Positions 24,912 through 36,975 of a stretch of DNA of 64,000 nucleotides are shown here, in pieces. Source of the DNA: Lama glama (taxonomy: Eukaryota); assembly GCA_028534125.1 (NCBI GenBank), contig CM052820.1:2480001-2544000 (forward strand). The letters run 5' to 3'. Within the stretch, counting starts at the first letter, position 1, and each line of letters begins with the position of its first letter. A program made the translations under genes and the position numbers. The notes under the pieces are model-generated. The model made no database searches, was not told the DNA's origin, and saw nothing but the letters and a program-made list of their open reading frames with translations.

Positions 24912-24956
24912 CGATGTGTTCCTTCTGGATCTGCGTGAGTAGCGCTCACTGTCTTC
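24912..24956 (-). CDS. LRRFIP1: LRRFIP1 45-nt exon (EDSERYSRRSRRNTS)
   Basis: ttgctttggtag acceptor, gttagt donor; peptide identical to recalled human sequence. Confidence 0.95.
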
Positions 24957-26510
24957 CTACCAAAGCAACAGAGGAAACAGCACAGAAAGGTCAGAGGCAG
25001 ACACAAGAGAAGCCTTCCACAGTCCCACTGCGTTGTAACACAGTATCTCTGATGTGAATGTCAAACAAATATTTTCTTTGCTTTTGCATAAAGGCTTCAA
25101 TTGTAACACTGGGGGAAATATTTTCTGCTAAGGGTGGGGACGGAGGACTTCAGCACACAAATTACTAACATATTTCATTTTGGCTTTAAAAACAAGTGGG
25201 TGTTGAGTGAGAAATTGAGTGAGAAATTTTTTTTCCTAATCTATAATCTGATTCATTTAAATCGACCTATTTTTTTCCCCTTACATTCAGAACCTTATTC
25301 TCTTCAGGAAGCAGAAGAGAAATCATTTCCTTAAGAGAGCTAATAAGGATGTCAGCCTCTCTACTGTTTTTTGTGCATTCTAAGATGCACACAGTTCTTT
25401 GCATTTGGACATCTCTGAAGCTGGGGCACATCTTAACTTTGATTAAAGTTGCTCACAATTTTAATTAGCAACTTTTTTCCTTTCTCAGTGGTATAAAAAA
25501 ACAATGACACATCTTTTAACTGTGTCTTAAGATTTGATAAAAATACATCTGCCTGTGCCATATAAGCCTAAAATAATGGTTTACGCTTACCAGAGGCTGA
25601 AGTTAATAATTTTTTAAATAGAGGGACTGTGTGCCTTTTCTATTTCAGCAACTATTCATCTATGTTTACACGGGTCTCTAAGCTGTTAGGAGGTAATTTA
25701 TACACCTTTAGATTATTTCATGCATAAGGGACATTTAAGAGGACATTTCCATACTGGCCAGGTTCTCAAATGCTACATGATGTCAACAAGGTGACCAGGA
25801 CGGGAAGAGGTGGATGAATTCCTAAGAGAAGGAGTGAAGCTGTGTCTCTCGGGACCAGTGGGCAGCTGGCGGAACGCCCCCTCTTCTAGAATCTCCCATT
25901 GTGGGGTAACACCTCCTCCGGGAGGCTCATGAGGATGGGGCATCATTAGGGTGAGGGATCGACCAGCTTTTAATTGACTCTGGAAGACAGGTAAGTGGTG
26001 CCAGGGAATGGTGTGAGAAGGTCACGGAATTTTCTCACCAAACAAGAGTGGTTTCTCAGGCACAGCGGACGAGGAGAGGGGGTACCCAACAGCGAAGGCG
26101 GATACAGTCGTGATGAGGGTGACTGGGCAGCTGGCCTCAACCACGAGTGAAGGAAACAGAGCTGGGTCCCCACTAGAGCTGGCTAGGTGGGACGGTCACC
26201 GGAAAGTTCACGCCGGGGGATGCCCACCTAAGGGTCTCGAGTGCAGAGTCCTCTGCAGGGGAGGTCGGGAGGCGGTGGGGGTGGGGACCCCCACAAACGC
26301 TGGCCTGGAGACTCCAGGAGCAGCTGCTACTGAACAGACCTGACAAAGCGCCTGGCCGGGGAGGTAAACCACCAGGCCAGATACAGCCGTCCCTGGAAGG
26401 AAGCCTCCCAGTGTTGGATTGGGGGCAGCAGGAACCTAGCATGGAATTAACCTGGGCGAGAATCGCATCACAGACCCTTTAAGCTTCTGAAAGTCATTTT
26501 CAAGGCCTAC

Positions 26511-26558
26511 CATCCATTGCTCGATGTCACCCCACTTCGTATCCAGCCCGTAGTATTT
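26511..26558 (-). CDS. LRRFIP1: LRRFIP1 48-nt cassette exon (KYYGLDTKWGDIEQWM)
   Basis: ttctgtctgtag acceptor, gtaggc donor; peptide identical to recalled human sequence. Confidence 0.95.
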
Positions 26559-29500
26559 CTACAGACAGAAAGGAAAGAAAATTAGGCAAGAAATGAAACG
26601 GGAAGTGTGTTAGACACTGTGCTGACACGCATTTCCAAGCGCTGCCCAAGCCGCCCGCGGAGGGGAGCAAGCCAAGGCGAAGCCGGGAATAACGCGGCCG
26701 GGCTCTGCGGAGGCAGCCGCCCCCAGGGCGGCCTGGGGCCCCATCCCGCTCCCTCCGGGCAGGACGAGAGGGCCCAGGATAGCGCATTCCTGCGGCAAGG
26801 GGCGGCCTCCGTAGAGACCAAGAATTTCAACTGAGCCCAGCAGCATCTCAAGCCCCTCTGCAAAGCGATTCATGCCTTCCGAGTCATTCTCCTGCAGGAA
26901 TAAAACACTGTTTAGGAGAAGCAAAAGCTGACAGCCATGCCCATGTTGCTACTACAGGAATGCGAAAACCAGAGGAAAAGCGGGAGAAGCTGTGTGATGC
27001 CCCTAGGTTTCTGGTACGCTTGCTCCAGCTACCTGATAGCAGGGCTAAATTTAGGCCCCGGGAATGCCGGCACTGAGGCTGTCTTCACAGCACGCCACTC
27101 AGCAACGCGGCCAAGCAGTCTGCTGCAGAAGGGGTCCTGGCCCAGGGGAGAGACGCTGCATTTGGCCTTTTCTTTTGCTAACACCCCCAGGTTTTTTCCT
27201 CGCTTGTCTAAACCACGATGGCCCAAGTTAAAATTAGAAAAGCAGATTCAGTGGCACTATTATTCCTAAATACAGCAATCCCGCATTTAGGTGGGAAGCC
27301 AGGTGTGGTCTCAAACAACAGGGCTTTGCTCTTGTCCTCACCTCTCCCTCAAGTTCCAATCAGAAAATCAAAACAACCAGCCAAACCTCCGTATCGTAAA
27401 ACACGGATGAGAGTTCCCTCCTGCAAGTTAAAGCTCATCACTGGAAGGAGAAGTCTGGATGTGAGAAGGACAAGACAATTTCTGAAACTCTTTAACAATT
27501 ACCAAAGCACTGCTGCTGTGTCTGGTTGTTTCCGTTCACTCTGAAGGCTGGCCAGGTTTAACCTACATGGCTTTCCGATGGTCTTGCCCCTTCCTCTTAG
27601 AGATGGTGTAAGAAGAAAATTGGAAGAAGAAAATTAGGAGGGAGAACTTGGCAATGCTTTAACAATTCCACCAGTAAGAGCTCTAACGTCAAGAGGACAT
27701 GCTGCGAGTCTTTTCCTGTAAGTCCCTTTCCTGAGGCTGTAAGTTGAGAAAGGGAATAAAAGCAAGCACTGCCCCAGGTCATGTTTTAATATCGGTTTAA
27801 GTGAAACGCCACAGCTGACGGCTATCTGGGACCCAGTTCACGTTCCCCCAACTCACGCTGTCAAATTCCAGCAGGGGACATGTGATGCCGTCAACCCTCC
27901 CTGGACCCTACGGCTTAGTCACAAAGACGGAAAGAAAACGTTTTGTTTTTAAAAGGAGGGAGCCTACATAAAATCGCAGAAAGTAAATTCCAAAAGATGT
28001 GTCATCAGTTTTTCTATTTCCAAAGTTTCCTTTTTTTTTTTTTTGCCAATTCTATACCTCTATCACATCCTGCATTGCTCTTTTTTCTGATAAAAGTAAG
28101 ACACACTGTGGAACGGCTTTCGTCGAGTTCACAGGCGGCCGTGTGAACAGCTGCTGGAACTGCAGCTGCAGGTCCTCTCCTTCCGTGGAGGGAGGACGCC
28201 CGCGGGAACAGTAAGTGGGGTCAACCAGCAGTCCTGGGGTGAGCGAGGCGGCAACACGGCAAACTGCAGAAAGTGCGCCAGATTTCAAACGGAAGCCGCG
28301 ATGATTAGCCGGTGAGTCATGCAGAGGGAAGCGGGAGCCGCGCGGGGGCAGAAGGTGCCTGACTTTCAGAAACAGCTTTGATTCAGCAGAAGAGAGACGT
28401 GATGCCCAAGAGCCAATGGGCCGGCAGAGAACCTTACTGCCTTCTTTCCCTTTTCCCGGGTCTCAGAGACAAGGAGAGCCTTCCCTTCCGGGCTGCGCAT
28501 CTTTACGATAAACGTGTGTACCCGCCTTTACACGGAGGGCGACCTGAGCTCCCTCCAGTTTTACCTGGCATACAGATGGCCGTTCTGACAACGTGCTAAT
28601 GGCCTATCCCCGGGGAGTTAGAAAGAAGAAAACGGTCTTGACTCAGCCCAGACGGGAATGACTCAAAGCGGAAGGGACAGATGAGAGTCCCCGGTCTAGG
28701 CTTCGGGCAGTGATGTCCTGCTCCGCCGGTTACCGTGACGGCCCCCGGCTTCGCCTTTTACCTGGTAAACTCCCACCTAGACCCTTGCTTTGAGACACAT
28801 TTCCAAGGGGACCCTGCAAAAACTAGCCACATACAAAGAGATCCTGGCACCTGCCTAACTGGTTTCTTGACACTTTGGGGGACAGTAGTTATGCAGCGTG
28901 AGGGGGGCAGGAAGGAGAGGCAATTTGGAACTGGAGCTGGTAAAGCAATCTAAAGACAGTTTTAAATTTACTGACATAGTGTGTTTTAAGGGCCTGCACC
29001 TTCTAATCTATGAAATTAAGTCACCTTGTTTTGATTTTCTTAGTTTCTCTAAAAGACAAATATAGTTCTTCTTTATCTGTAAATTTGTAAAATAAATTAA
29101 AAAAAAACTATTATAGACGTCCTAAGTAACAACAATTCATTCACGGGAAAGACTCACTGGCTACACTTTCTATAAATTCTCCGGGAACTGCTCACACTTT
29201 CCTTCATTATTGCTGCATCAGGAGTCAGTGACGGTGTTTTCTCTTTATTTTCTGTGTCTGGCCTGCCCAGCGCCCTTACTTCTAAACCTCAGCTGCTTCT
29301 ACAAAACACTAGAACAGAAACAGAGATGCATGTTAGCACTCGGAACGCTGGGGACAGAAAAGACAGGTCTGTTTTAAGCTATTGGATTTTATTGTTATAC
29401 CATCACTTTCTTTTTTTGCTCAGATTTTAAAATCAGTATGTAATAGTCTCTTATGGATGGCAATACGCACTGATATTTTAAATGTCTTCTAAGAAAATCA

Positions 29501-29825
29501 TATGAAAGGATAATCTTCTTGTTTAAATATCTGATTTCAAAAGGTTTTTCCAAATTCTGAAGTGGGATTTTATTTTGTCTTAGAGGATTTTTTAATTTCT
29601 TGAGAAACATGGGGACAGGACAAGCAGTCCGTACAGAAATGTGTGCGGACGGCTGCTTTTCATGGCAACCTAAGCATTCCTGTTCCAAGCAACTGACAGG
29701 CAAAGCAAAGCAGCAGTAAGAACTTGCATGTGTTTTCAATCAAAGGCGTTATTTCTGAAAGGTGAGCAGGCCCCAGGCAAGGGAAAAAGTGCATGCACAT
29801 CAGGAAGCAAGAAGGAAGAGCCTAC

Positions 29826-29843
29826 CTTTTGAACCTGATAGAT
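29826..29843 (-). CDS. LRRFIP1: LRRFIP1 18-nt microexon (IYQVQK)
   Basis: tcttttgtcctgtatag|ATCTATCAGGTTCAAAAG|gtaggc; identical to the recalled human isoform peptide IYQVQK. Confidence 0.92.
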
Positions 29844-30586
29844 CTATACAGGACAAAAGAAACGGAGAAAGAAATATAAAATCCAATTACAAAAGTAGAA
29901 ACATCAGAGAGAAAGGTTCTGTAAATACTCAGATATGTGAATAAAAACTAGTAAAATATTAATTTAAAAAACTCTTGACGTCTCACTGAAATGCTTCATA
30001 ATTTCATAACATTTTACATTCTATACGTTAGGTGTGTTGGTGAAACAGGCATTTCCATGTGCATCTACAAGAACTGTGCTACCATTCTGATGCAGAAGTT
30101 TGTATAATCTGTTATCATTAGTGGGAAAAAGATATTCACCTTCAATTTAAAATTTCTTTTCACAGTGATAAAAGTTTAACAAAACAAAAGTACAGAAATT
30201 TCTTTGGAAAGTCAACTGGTCAAATTCACAAATAGTGAAGAAACCTGCTTTTATGTTCTGATTCATGCAGACAGAAATAATACCAGGAAAATTCCAGCCA
30301 AATGGAATGATCACTAGACTGTAACTGAAAAAATTTTAAAACGCTTATTCTCATACATGTTAGTTTGCTCCAGAGATTTCTCCTAATTTTGTAGTAAATC
30401 CCTGGGGAAGATGTACCTCCTTCATCCATTCATCCCCTCAATTCATCCATTCACTCCACAAAATTTTTACTGAATCAAGCATTGTTCAAGGCGTTGTCAC
30501 AAAGGTAAGACTTGAGACTTGGTGCTTCCAGTCTCATTTGGGTATGCATGGATGGATATATCCGACCCTGGGACTATATTAAATGT

Positions 30587-31086
30587 NNNNNNNNNNNNNN
30601 NNNNNNNNNNNNNNNNNNNNNNNNNNNNNNNNNNNNNNNNNNNNNNNNNNNNNNNNNNNNNNNNNNNNNNNNNNNNNNNNNNNNNNNNNNNNNNNNNNNN
30701 NNNNNNNNNNNNNNNNNNNNNNNNNNNNNNNNNNNNNNNNNNNNNNNNNNNNNNNNNNNNNNNNNNNNNNNNNNNNNNNNNNNNNNNNNNNNNNNNNNNN
30801 NNNNNNNNNNNNNNNNNNNNNNNNNNNNNNNNNNNNNNNNNNNNNNNNNNNNNNNNNNNNNNNNNNNNNNNNNNNNNNNNNNNNNNNNNNNNNNNNNNNN
30901 NNNNNNNNNNNNNNNNNNNNNNNNNNNNNNNNNNNNNNNNNNNNNNNNNNNNNNNNNNNNNNNNNNNNNNNNNNNNNNNNNNNNNNNNNNNNNNNNNNNN
31001 NNNNNNNNNNNNNNNNNNNNNNNNNNNNNNNNNNNNNNNNNNNNNNNNNNNNNNNNNNNNNNNNNNNNNNNNNNNNNNNNNNNNNN
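30587..31086. other. Scaffold gap (exactly 500 N)
   Basis: Direct read. Confidence 0.99.
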
Positions 31087-31750
31087 GACCCTGGGGTGAG
31101 TCCAACTTGATCACGNNNNNNNNNNNNNNNNNNNNNNNNNNNNNNNNNNNNNNNNNNNNNNNNNNNNNNNNNNNNNNNNNNNNNNNNNNNNNNNNNNNNN
31201 NNNNNNNNNNNNNNNNNNNNNNNNNNNNNNNNNNNNNNNNNNNNNNNNNNNNNNNNNNNNNNNNNCAGAATGAATTTGGGAGTATTCCCTCCTCTTCAAT
31301 TTTCTGGAATAGTTTGAGAAGGAGATGTCTAAGTTCTTCCCTGTATGTCTGTTAGAATTCCCGAGAGAAGCTGTCTGGTCCCGGGCTTCTGTTTCCAGGG
31401 AGTTGTTACTCAGTACAAATTCCATTTCACTTCTACCGATCAGTCTGTTCAAATTGTCTGTTTCTTCTTGACTCAGTTTTGGCAGGCTGTATGTTTCTAG
31501 AAACGTGTTCATTTCTTCCAGGTTGTCCACTTTGTTGGCATACAATTGTTCACAGTATTTTCTTTTTTTTGTATTCCTAGGGTGTCAATTACTATTTCTC
31601 CTCTTTCATTTCTTATTTTGTTCATTTGGATCCTCCCTCTTTTCTTCTTGGTGAGCTGGGCTAGAGGTTTGTTGATTTTGTTTACCTTGGTTTTACTGAT
31701 CTTTTCTATTTTGTAATCTCTGATTTATTTCCTCTCTAATCTTTATCATT
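31087..31750 (-). mobile_element. LINE-1 ORF2 fragment
   Basis: Translates to YANKVDNLEEMNTFLETYSLPKLSQEETDNLNR, typical L1 ORF2 upstream of the RT domain; frameshifted and interrupted by an N gap. Confidence 0.92.
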
Positions 31751-32119
31751 TTGCTGAGTTGACCTTGCTACAGGAAGCGGAAACAGCCACCAACTTTTAT
31801 TTTCTATGTAAACCCCCAACCCCTCACATGCAGGAGATTCTAAAAATAGCTTGCTATTCAAAGCAACCAAGTAGACCCAGCAAGGCGGGACCAGAGAGAA
31901 GCCTACCAGCCGGCAGCTCAGAAACGGCGGCCATCCTGTCCTCGGTACCAAGTGCGTCCACCACCCCCCGGTCCACGTGCTGCCATGTGCACTTTACTCC
32001 CATCTTGAAATCTCATCTTTCCAAACCCTCACTCAGGCAATCGCAGTAAGTTCCCCCATGAGAGGACTGCAGTCATGATGGCTACGGAGGGGAAGGCACT
32101 CTGGGGTGACAGCTGTCAA

Positions 32120-32670
32120 TGGAGGGGAGAGTGCCAACTCCCGAGAGGGCATTTTGGAAATGCTGGGGGAGGGGTTGGGAAGTCACAGTGATTGGAGCAG
32201 GGGACTAATGGCATTTAGGGGGCAGGGCACGGCATGACAACCATCCTGCACTCGGACGAGGAGGAACTTTCCCACTGGCTGCTCAGGCAGATAGAAAAAC
32301 CACACTATAACTTTCACATCTACAAACTGATTCCAACTCACATATAAATCCAAATATGTTCCGAGTAGTTTTAACACACACCGAATACGCCAGGAACGCA
32401 ATCAGCGTTGAAATCAAGGGAAGGGTACACATGGCTTTGCTCAGAACCTTCCTAGGGCTTAGTCACAACACTCATATTCTGTTACTGCAACTTACTTTCA
32501 TTTTACTTCTTTTCACTGTTGCAGTTAAAACATTATGTTGACTTGAAATTATGTGGGAAGGTAGATTTTACCACCTAGGAATGGCATTTCAGGTTAGTAA
32601 TAAGGATGTTAAAAACTTGTTATAAAAAAGGGGCCGGCTCTGACGGGGCTGTGAGCCACAGCTTTAAAAC
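32120..32670. mobile_element. Old hAT-Charlie element (MER20B-like)
   Basis: gagggcattttggaaatg...gtcacagtgattgg...tggcatttag segment; highly diverged, boundaries approximate. Confidence 0.5.
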
Positions 32671-32699
32671 TTGGGGGTGGGATGGCTGCACAGCCATGG

Positions 32700-32830
32700 T
32701 TTTTTTTTTTTGGAGGGGGAATTAGTTTGGTTATTCATTTATTTACTTTCTAGTGGTGGTACCAAGGACTGAACCCACGACCTCGTGCCTGCTAAGCACA
32801 CGCTCTACCACTGAGCTATGCCCTCCCCAC
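32700..32830 (-). mobile_element. vic-1-type SINE
   Basis: Reverse complement ggggagggcatagctcagtggtagagcgtgtgcttagcaggcacgaggtcgtgggttcagtcc plus tail and poly(A). Confidence 0.88.
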
Positions 32831-35226
32831 CCCGACGGCCATGTATATTGAAACAGCCCAGCCACAGGTTCACGACACAGGTCAGCGCTTAAGCCGCAAA
32901 ATTAACCAGACACAGTCTTTCAATTTTACCTGACGATTTGAAGGCCGTAAGGTTAAGGACTGAAGTTTAACTGGTCATTTAAAACACTACATTTCCATCA
33001 AAATCAACTGAGACAAGTTACAGAGCAGACCACAGAGTTACCACGGAATTTTATGACACGGCAGCAGCCTCCGCAGGGTGCTGAGCCTCCCAGACGGACA
33101 CTGTCCAGAAAGGGGTCTCAGGACCAAGCCACCAGCGCACACTATGTGAACTCAGGCAAATTACACCACTTCTGAACATCAGCCCTCATTACAGGGGGTG
33201 AGGGAACCCGTGATGCAATCTCTGGGCGCTTCCCGTGTCTCTGAAATGCTCAGTCTCTACAGGGCGGTGAATTATTTATTCCACCAAGACTGTTCACTGA
33301 GTTCTCCTTCCTCATTTTGCTACTGGCACTGTCCTGACTTTGCTGCTCAGAATAACACACCAAAATAACAAACATTAATCAGGAACAAAGTTATTCACAT
33401 TACTTTATCGAGAACAGACAAAAAGCATTCACCAATTCAAACTTCACAATGCAATCTTTGGCTTAGCAAACACCCACACTCAAGCTGATGAAAAAAAGTG
33501 TACAGTGTCTTCCATGCAAGTAACAACCTCTTCTTGTTAATACATTTAGAATTGTTTTCTGAGATGACTGATGTTCACACTTCCTTCGATAGCCTCACTA
33601 TGCTGCATGACAAGCAAGGGCACGAGAGTCACAAATGACCCTGTGTGTGACTGCCAGGTGACAGGAGAGAGCAGCACGGCCTCACCTGTGCAGTGCTCCA
33701 GATGACACATTCCCTCCAGCCAACGCATCCGGGCTCCACGCCCTTCAGTTCGCCTGCTCCGTGTCCCTGCAAACCCCACACCTTTAAGGTGACACAAAAC
33801 ACTGACACTGTTCCGTCTCAGAATCAGGCTGGACGTTGCAGCAGCATCAGGCTTTGCCATGTGAGCAGCACACAAGTACTGACAGCCTTTCCTCTATTCA
33901 GGTGATAGTCCTGCAACCGGCGAGGAAAGAGCCAGAAGCCGTCACTTCCATCCTCAATGAGCTTGTCTGCTTGGCCGGGGAGGGCTGAGGCTGGTACCCA
34001 GCAGCTCCCGGTGTGGGTGACATGGGTCACAGCTAAAAGTTGGCACAGCGTGAAAACCAGAAAAATAATTTCTGCAGCTCTGTCATTTCTACTTTTCTTT
34101 ATTTAGCTAAATACATTCCATTGAGTGTTCTTTTGTCTAAAAAACTACCAGAAATAGAAAGGAAACATGAGATAAAGCAGAGACTTCTCAGTACGCACTC
34201 AGGAGCAAAGACCTGTGTCCTAAGAGGCTGCCTTTGTAAAAAGAAATCCATCAAGTCAGATACTGGGGTTGGGACACCCAGGGCTGCAGAGAGGCTGACA
34301 ACGGTGAGGATGCGTGCTCACGGCCGGCCCGAGCCTGCTGAGCACTGTATACAGTGGAGACAGTTAGCGCCAGTTCTGAACCAGCAGGCCTCGGTCTGAA
34401 CAGCCCTGCTGCCTGCTGGCTGCGTGGACTTGGGAAAGTCCCCAGAACTTTCGGAGCCCCATTCCTCTTCATCTGTAAGTGGAAATGATCAAACCACCTC
34501 ATGAGGTCATGCGAGGGCAGGCTTCTACAGAAACACACAACAGGGCTGACACAGCCGGGGTCTGGGAAACGCTGCCTACGTTTGCTACCTACACAGTGTC
34601 TTCGATCACAGCCACGGACCCAGCGGAGGGAGTTCAGCTCAGAGGAAGTTTAAAAGCAGCACAAGAAGACAAGCATGCCGAGGCCCCAGCAGGGCCGGGC
34701 GCCCTGGGGAGATGTCAGGGCAGGCAGGTGGAGACTCCCAACCCACCCCCAAAGCCCACCCTGTTTCTCTTCCCCCAGGAAGATCACACACCCACTGGCC
34801 ACAGATAATAACAGACATGAGGCTCAGAAGTGAGGTCGCTCTGATAAGCCCTACGACGCAAACACACAAACAAAACATCTTAGTTTAAGTTAAACGCAAA
34901 TCTTCCTCAGAGTAATTTAAAGTACAAAGCGGTTGTACTTCAGACTCCACATAAGACTACTACAAGGCTTTCAAGCTGTCTAGTTGCAGTGCTAAGCAGA
35001 AAAGCACGTGAAGCTCTGGCCCCTCCCCCGATGAATAAATGAGTCTCAGAAGCGGGGTCTGAGCAGTGGTCTGCAACCAAACACACGGCAGCTCTGAGTC
35101 ACTACAGCTCAGATGTGGCCAAACAGTGCTTTGTTTAACCTACAAGGAAGAAATCAAGTTACTTCAACTAGATAGTCTGAATAATCAGAGTTCTGATAAA
35201 TCCATTCCATGAAAGCCAGCTGCTTT

Positions 35227-35229
<3 letters not shown>

Positions 35230-35268
<39 letters not shown>
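35230..35268. repeat. (CA)n microsatellite
   Basis: Uninterrupted run of about 19 units. Confidence 0.95.
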
Positions 35269-35270
<2 letters not shown>

Positions 35271-36649
35271 GAAATTTGGGTGGCCCAGAGCAAAAGCAGT
35301 TAAGGTAATAAAAATTCCTCTTTTCCCCACCCTGTGCCTAACACGTAAGTGAGAGGTAACAGGCTTACTGGGATAACAGGCTAGTAACTCGAATCTTCTG
35401 GCCCATGGGGCTCCAAGATTAAAACTTTCAAACATGATCAGATATTTTGGAAACGCGCTGGCATATGAGTAACTAGTCACAAACAATTCCTGTGCTGAGT
35501 CACACGGCCTGATCCTTCAGGGATAAGAATTTCCTCTTGAACACTGCCTTTTGAGGAGCAAACACATCATACCAACATGTAGACTCATAATTCTGGAGAA
35601 ACTAGATAGAGACCCCACTCTAATCAGGTAATACTCCAATCAGCTTCGCCTGAAAACACTTCAGCGGTTATAAATAACTTGGCTTCCTGTGCTCAGGGTA
35701 AGAGGCAGTTTAGACTGCAGGGTTGAAAAAAAGTTGCCAAGGAGGCTTCCGCTCTGCTGATACTAGCTCAGGCTGAACAGAAACTAACTCTTCAAGAAAA
35801 AGGAAAACTTCGCCTCCATCTTTGCCCTCGTGGGACACGCTTCCTACTGTAAGACTAGACCTACCTTGCCGTCTTTATGTTTTACCTGCTTGGAGAAATG
35901 ATCCACCTAAAACAAACCATGATTCAATGCTCAGAACCTCAGCCTGCGCCCCAGCAGGGCCGGCCACCTTGGCATGCGTTCACCTCCCCCGTTCGTCCCT
36001 GCTCCCGCTCAGCTGGACATGGGGACCTTGGCACAGGCACCTACAGGAAAATGAGACTTGGGGGGTCCTCGGTCTATGCTGACAGCCTCTCTCAGAACGG
36101 GCTGCCGGTTTGTAAGGGCTCAGTGCTCCTCAGTATGTGGAAAGCGACCCGAAGAGAGGTGACACAACCCACCCCAAACGCGGGGAAGTTACAAACGTTA
36201 CAGTAACGAACAGTTTCTACACTGTCGTCGGGTGAGGAGCCTGGACTTCCTGCTCAGATCGTGCTTTTCTCTTTGCTTGGTGAGGCGGACCTTGCAGATC
36301 CATCTCCTGCCAGCCCCAGCTCTCATCTCACACCCCTGTGGCCCCAGCCCTCCTCCTCCACCGGAGACCCCGGTTCCCAGGACACAGGGTCACATAACAT
36401 AGCACAAAGCGGCACAAACCAGCCTGAATGCCCAGTACTCTCCAGCTGGAGCACTGCATGGCCCTGGGTGGCTGCGGGTGTCCCCCTCTAACACACCCCA
36501 CTCAACCCCCCGCCCCCACTCCACGGGTCATTTCCTTCTCAACCATGAATCTCATCAAATAGGGACTGTATTTTACTTCTGTTCCCCATGTCCTGCTCTA
36601 AAAAGGTTTCTGCAGCTATTTACTGAAAACCAACCGAACAAAAAGCTCC

Positions 36650-36975
36650 TACAAGTCCACAACTTATTACCAAAAACCTCTGGGAACAAATGTGTTTCAG
36701 AATTCAAAATTTTTGGATTCTAGAAGGGTAACAGGATGCATATACCATATATTCTGTAACCCAGAGTAATAATAGCCCTTAATCTTCAGTGCAATTAACA
36801 GGGCTGCAGAGAAATGTACAAATATTCACACGAGAGGAATAAAGACTGAAAACAGCCTCCCATCAGCCAGGGTGGAAGTCACTGCCAAATGAATTCTGCC
36901 ATAAACTTACAAAAAAGACAAACAACTTTTGGTTTTCAGAGCCCACTGGATAACAGAACTGGGGCAAGAGACGGA
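36650..36975. mobile_element. Tigger-family MITE (MER46C-like)
   Basis: tacaagtccacaa...atgtgtttcagaattcaaaatttttggattctagaagggtaac...ggttttcagagc; subfamily from memory. Confidence 0.6.

Noticed and set aside
25203-25228. 12-bp tandem duplication ttgagtgagaaa x2 (similar AT-rich duplication at about 15440-15480)
   Set aside because: Ordinary slippage events
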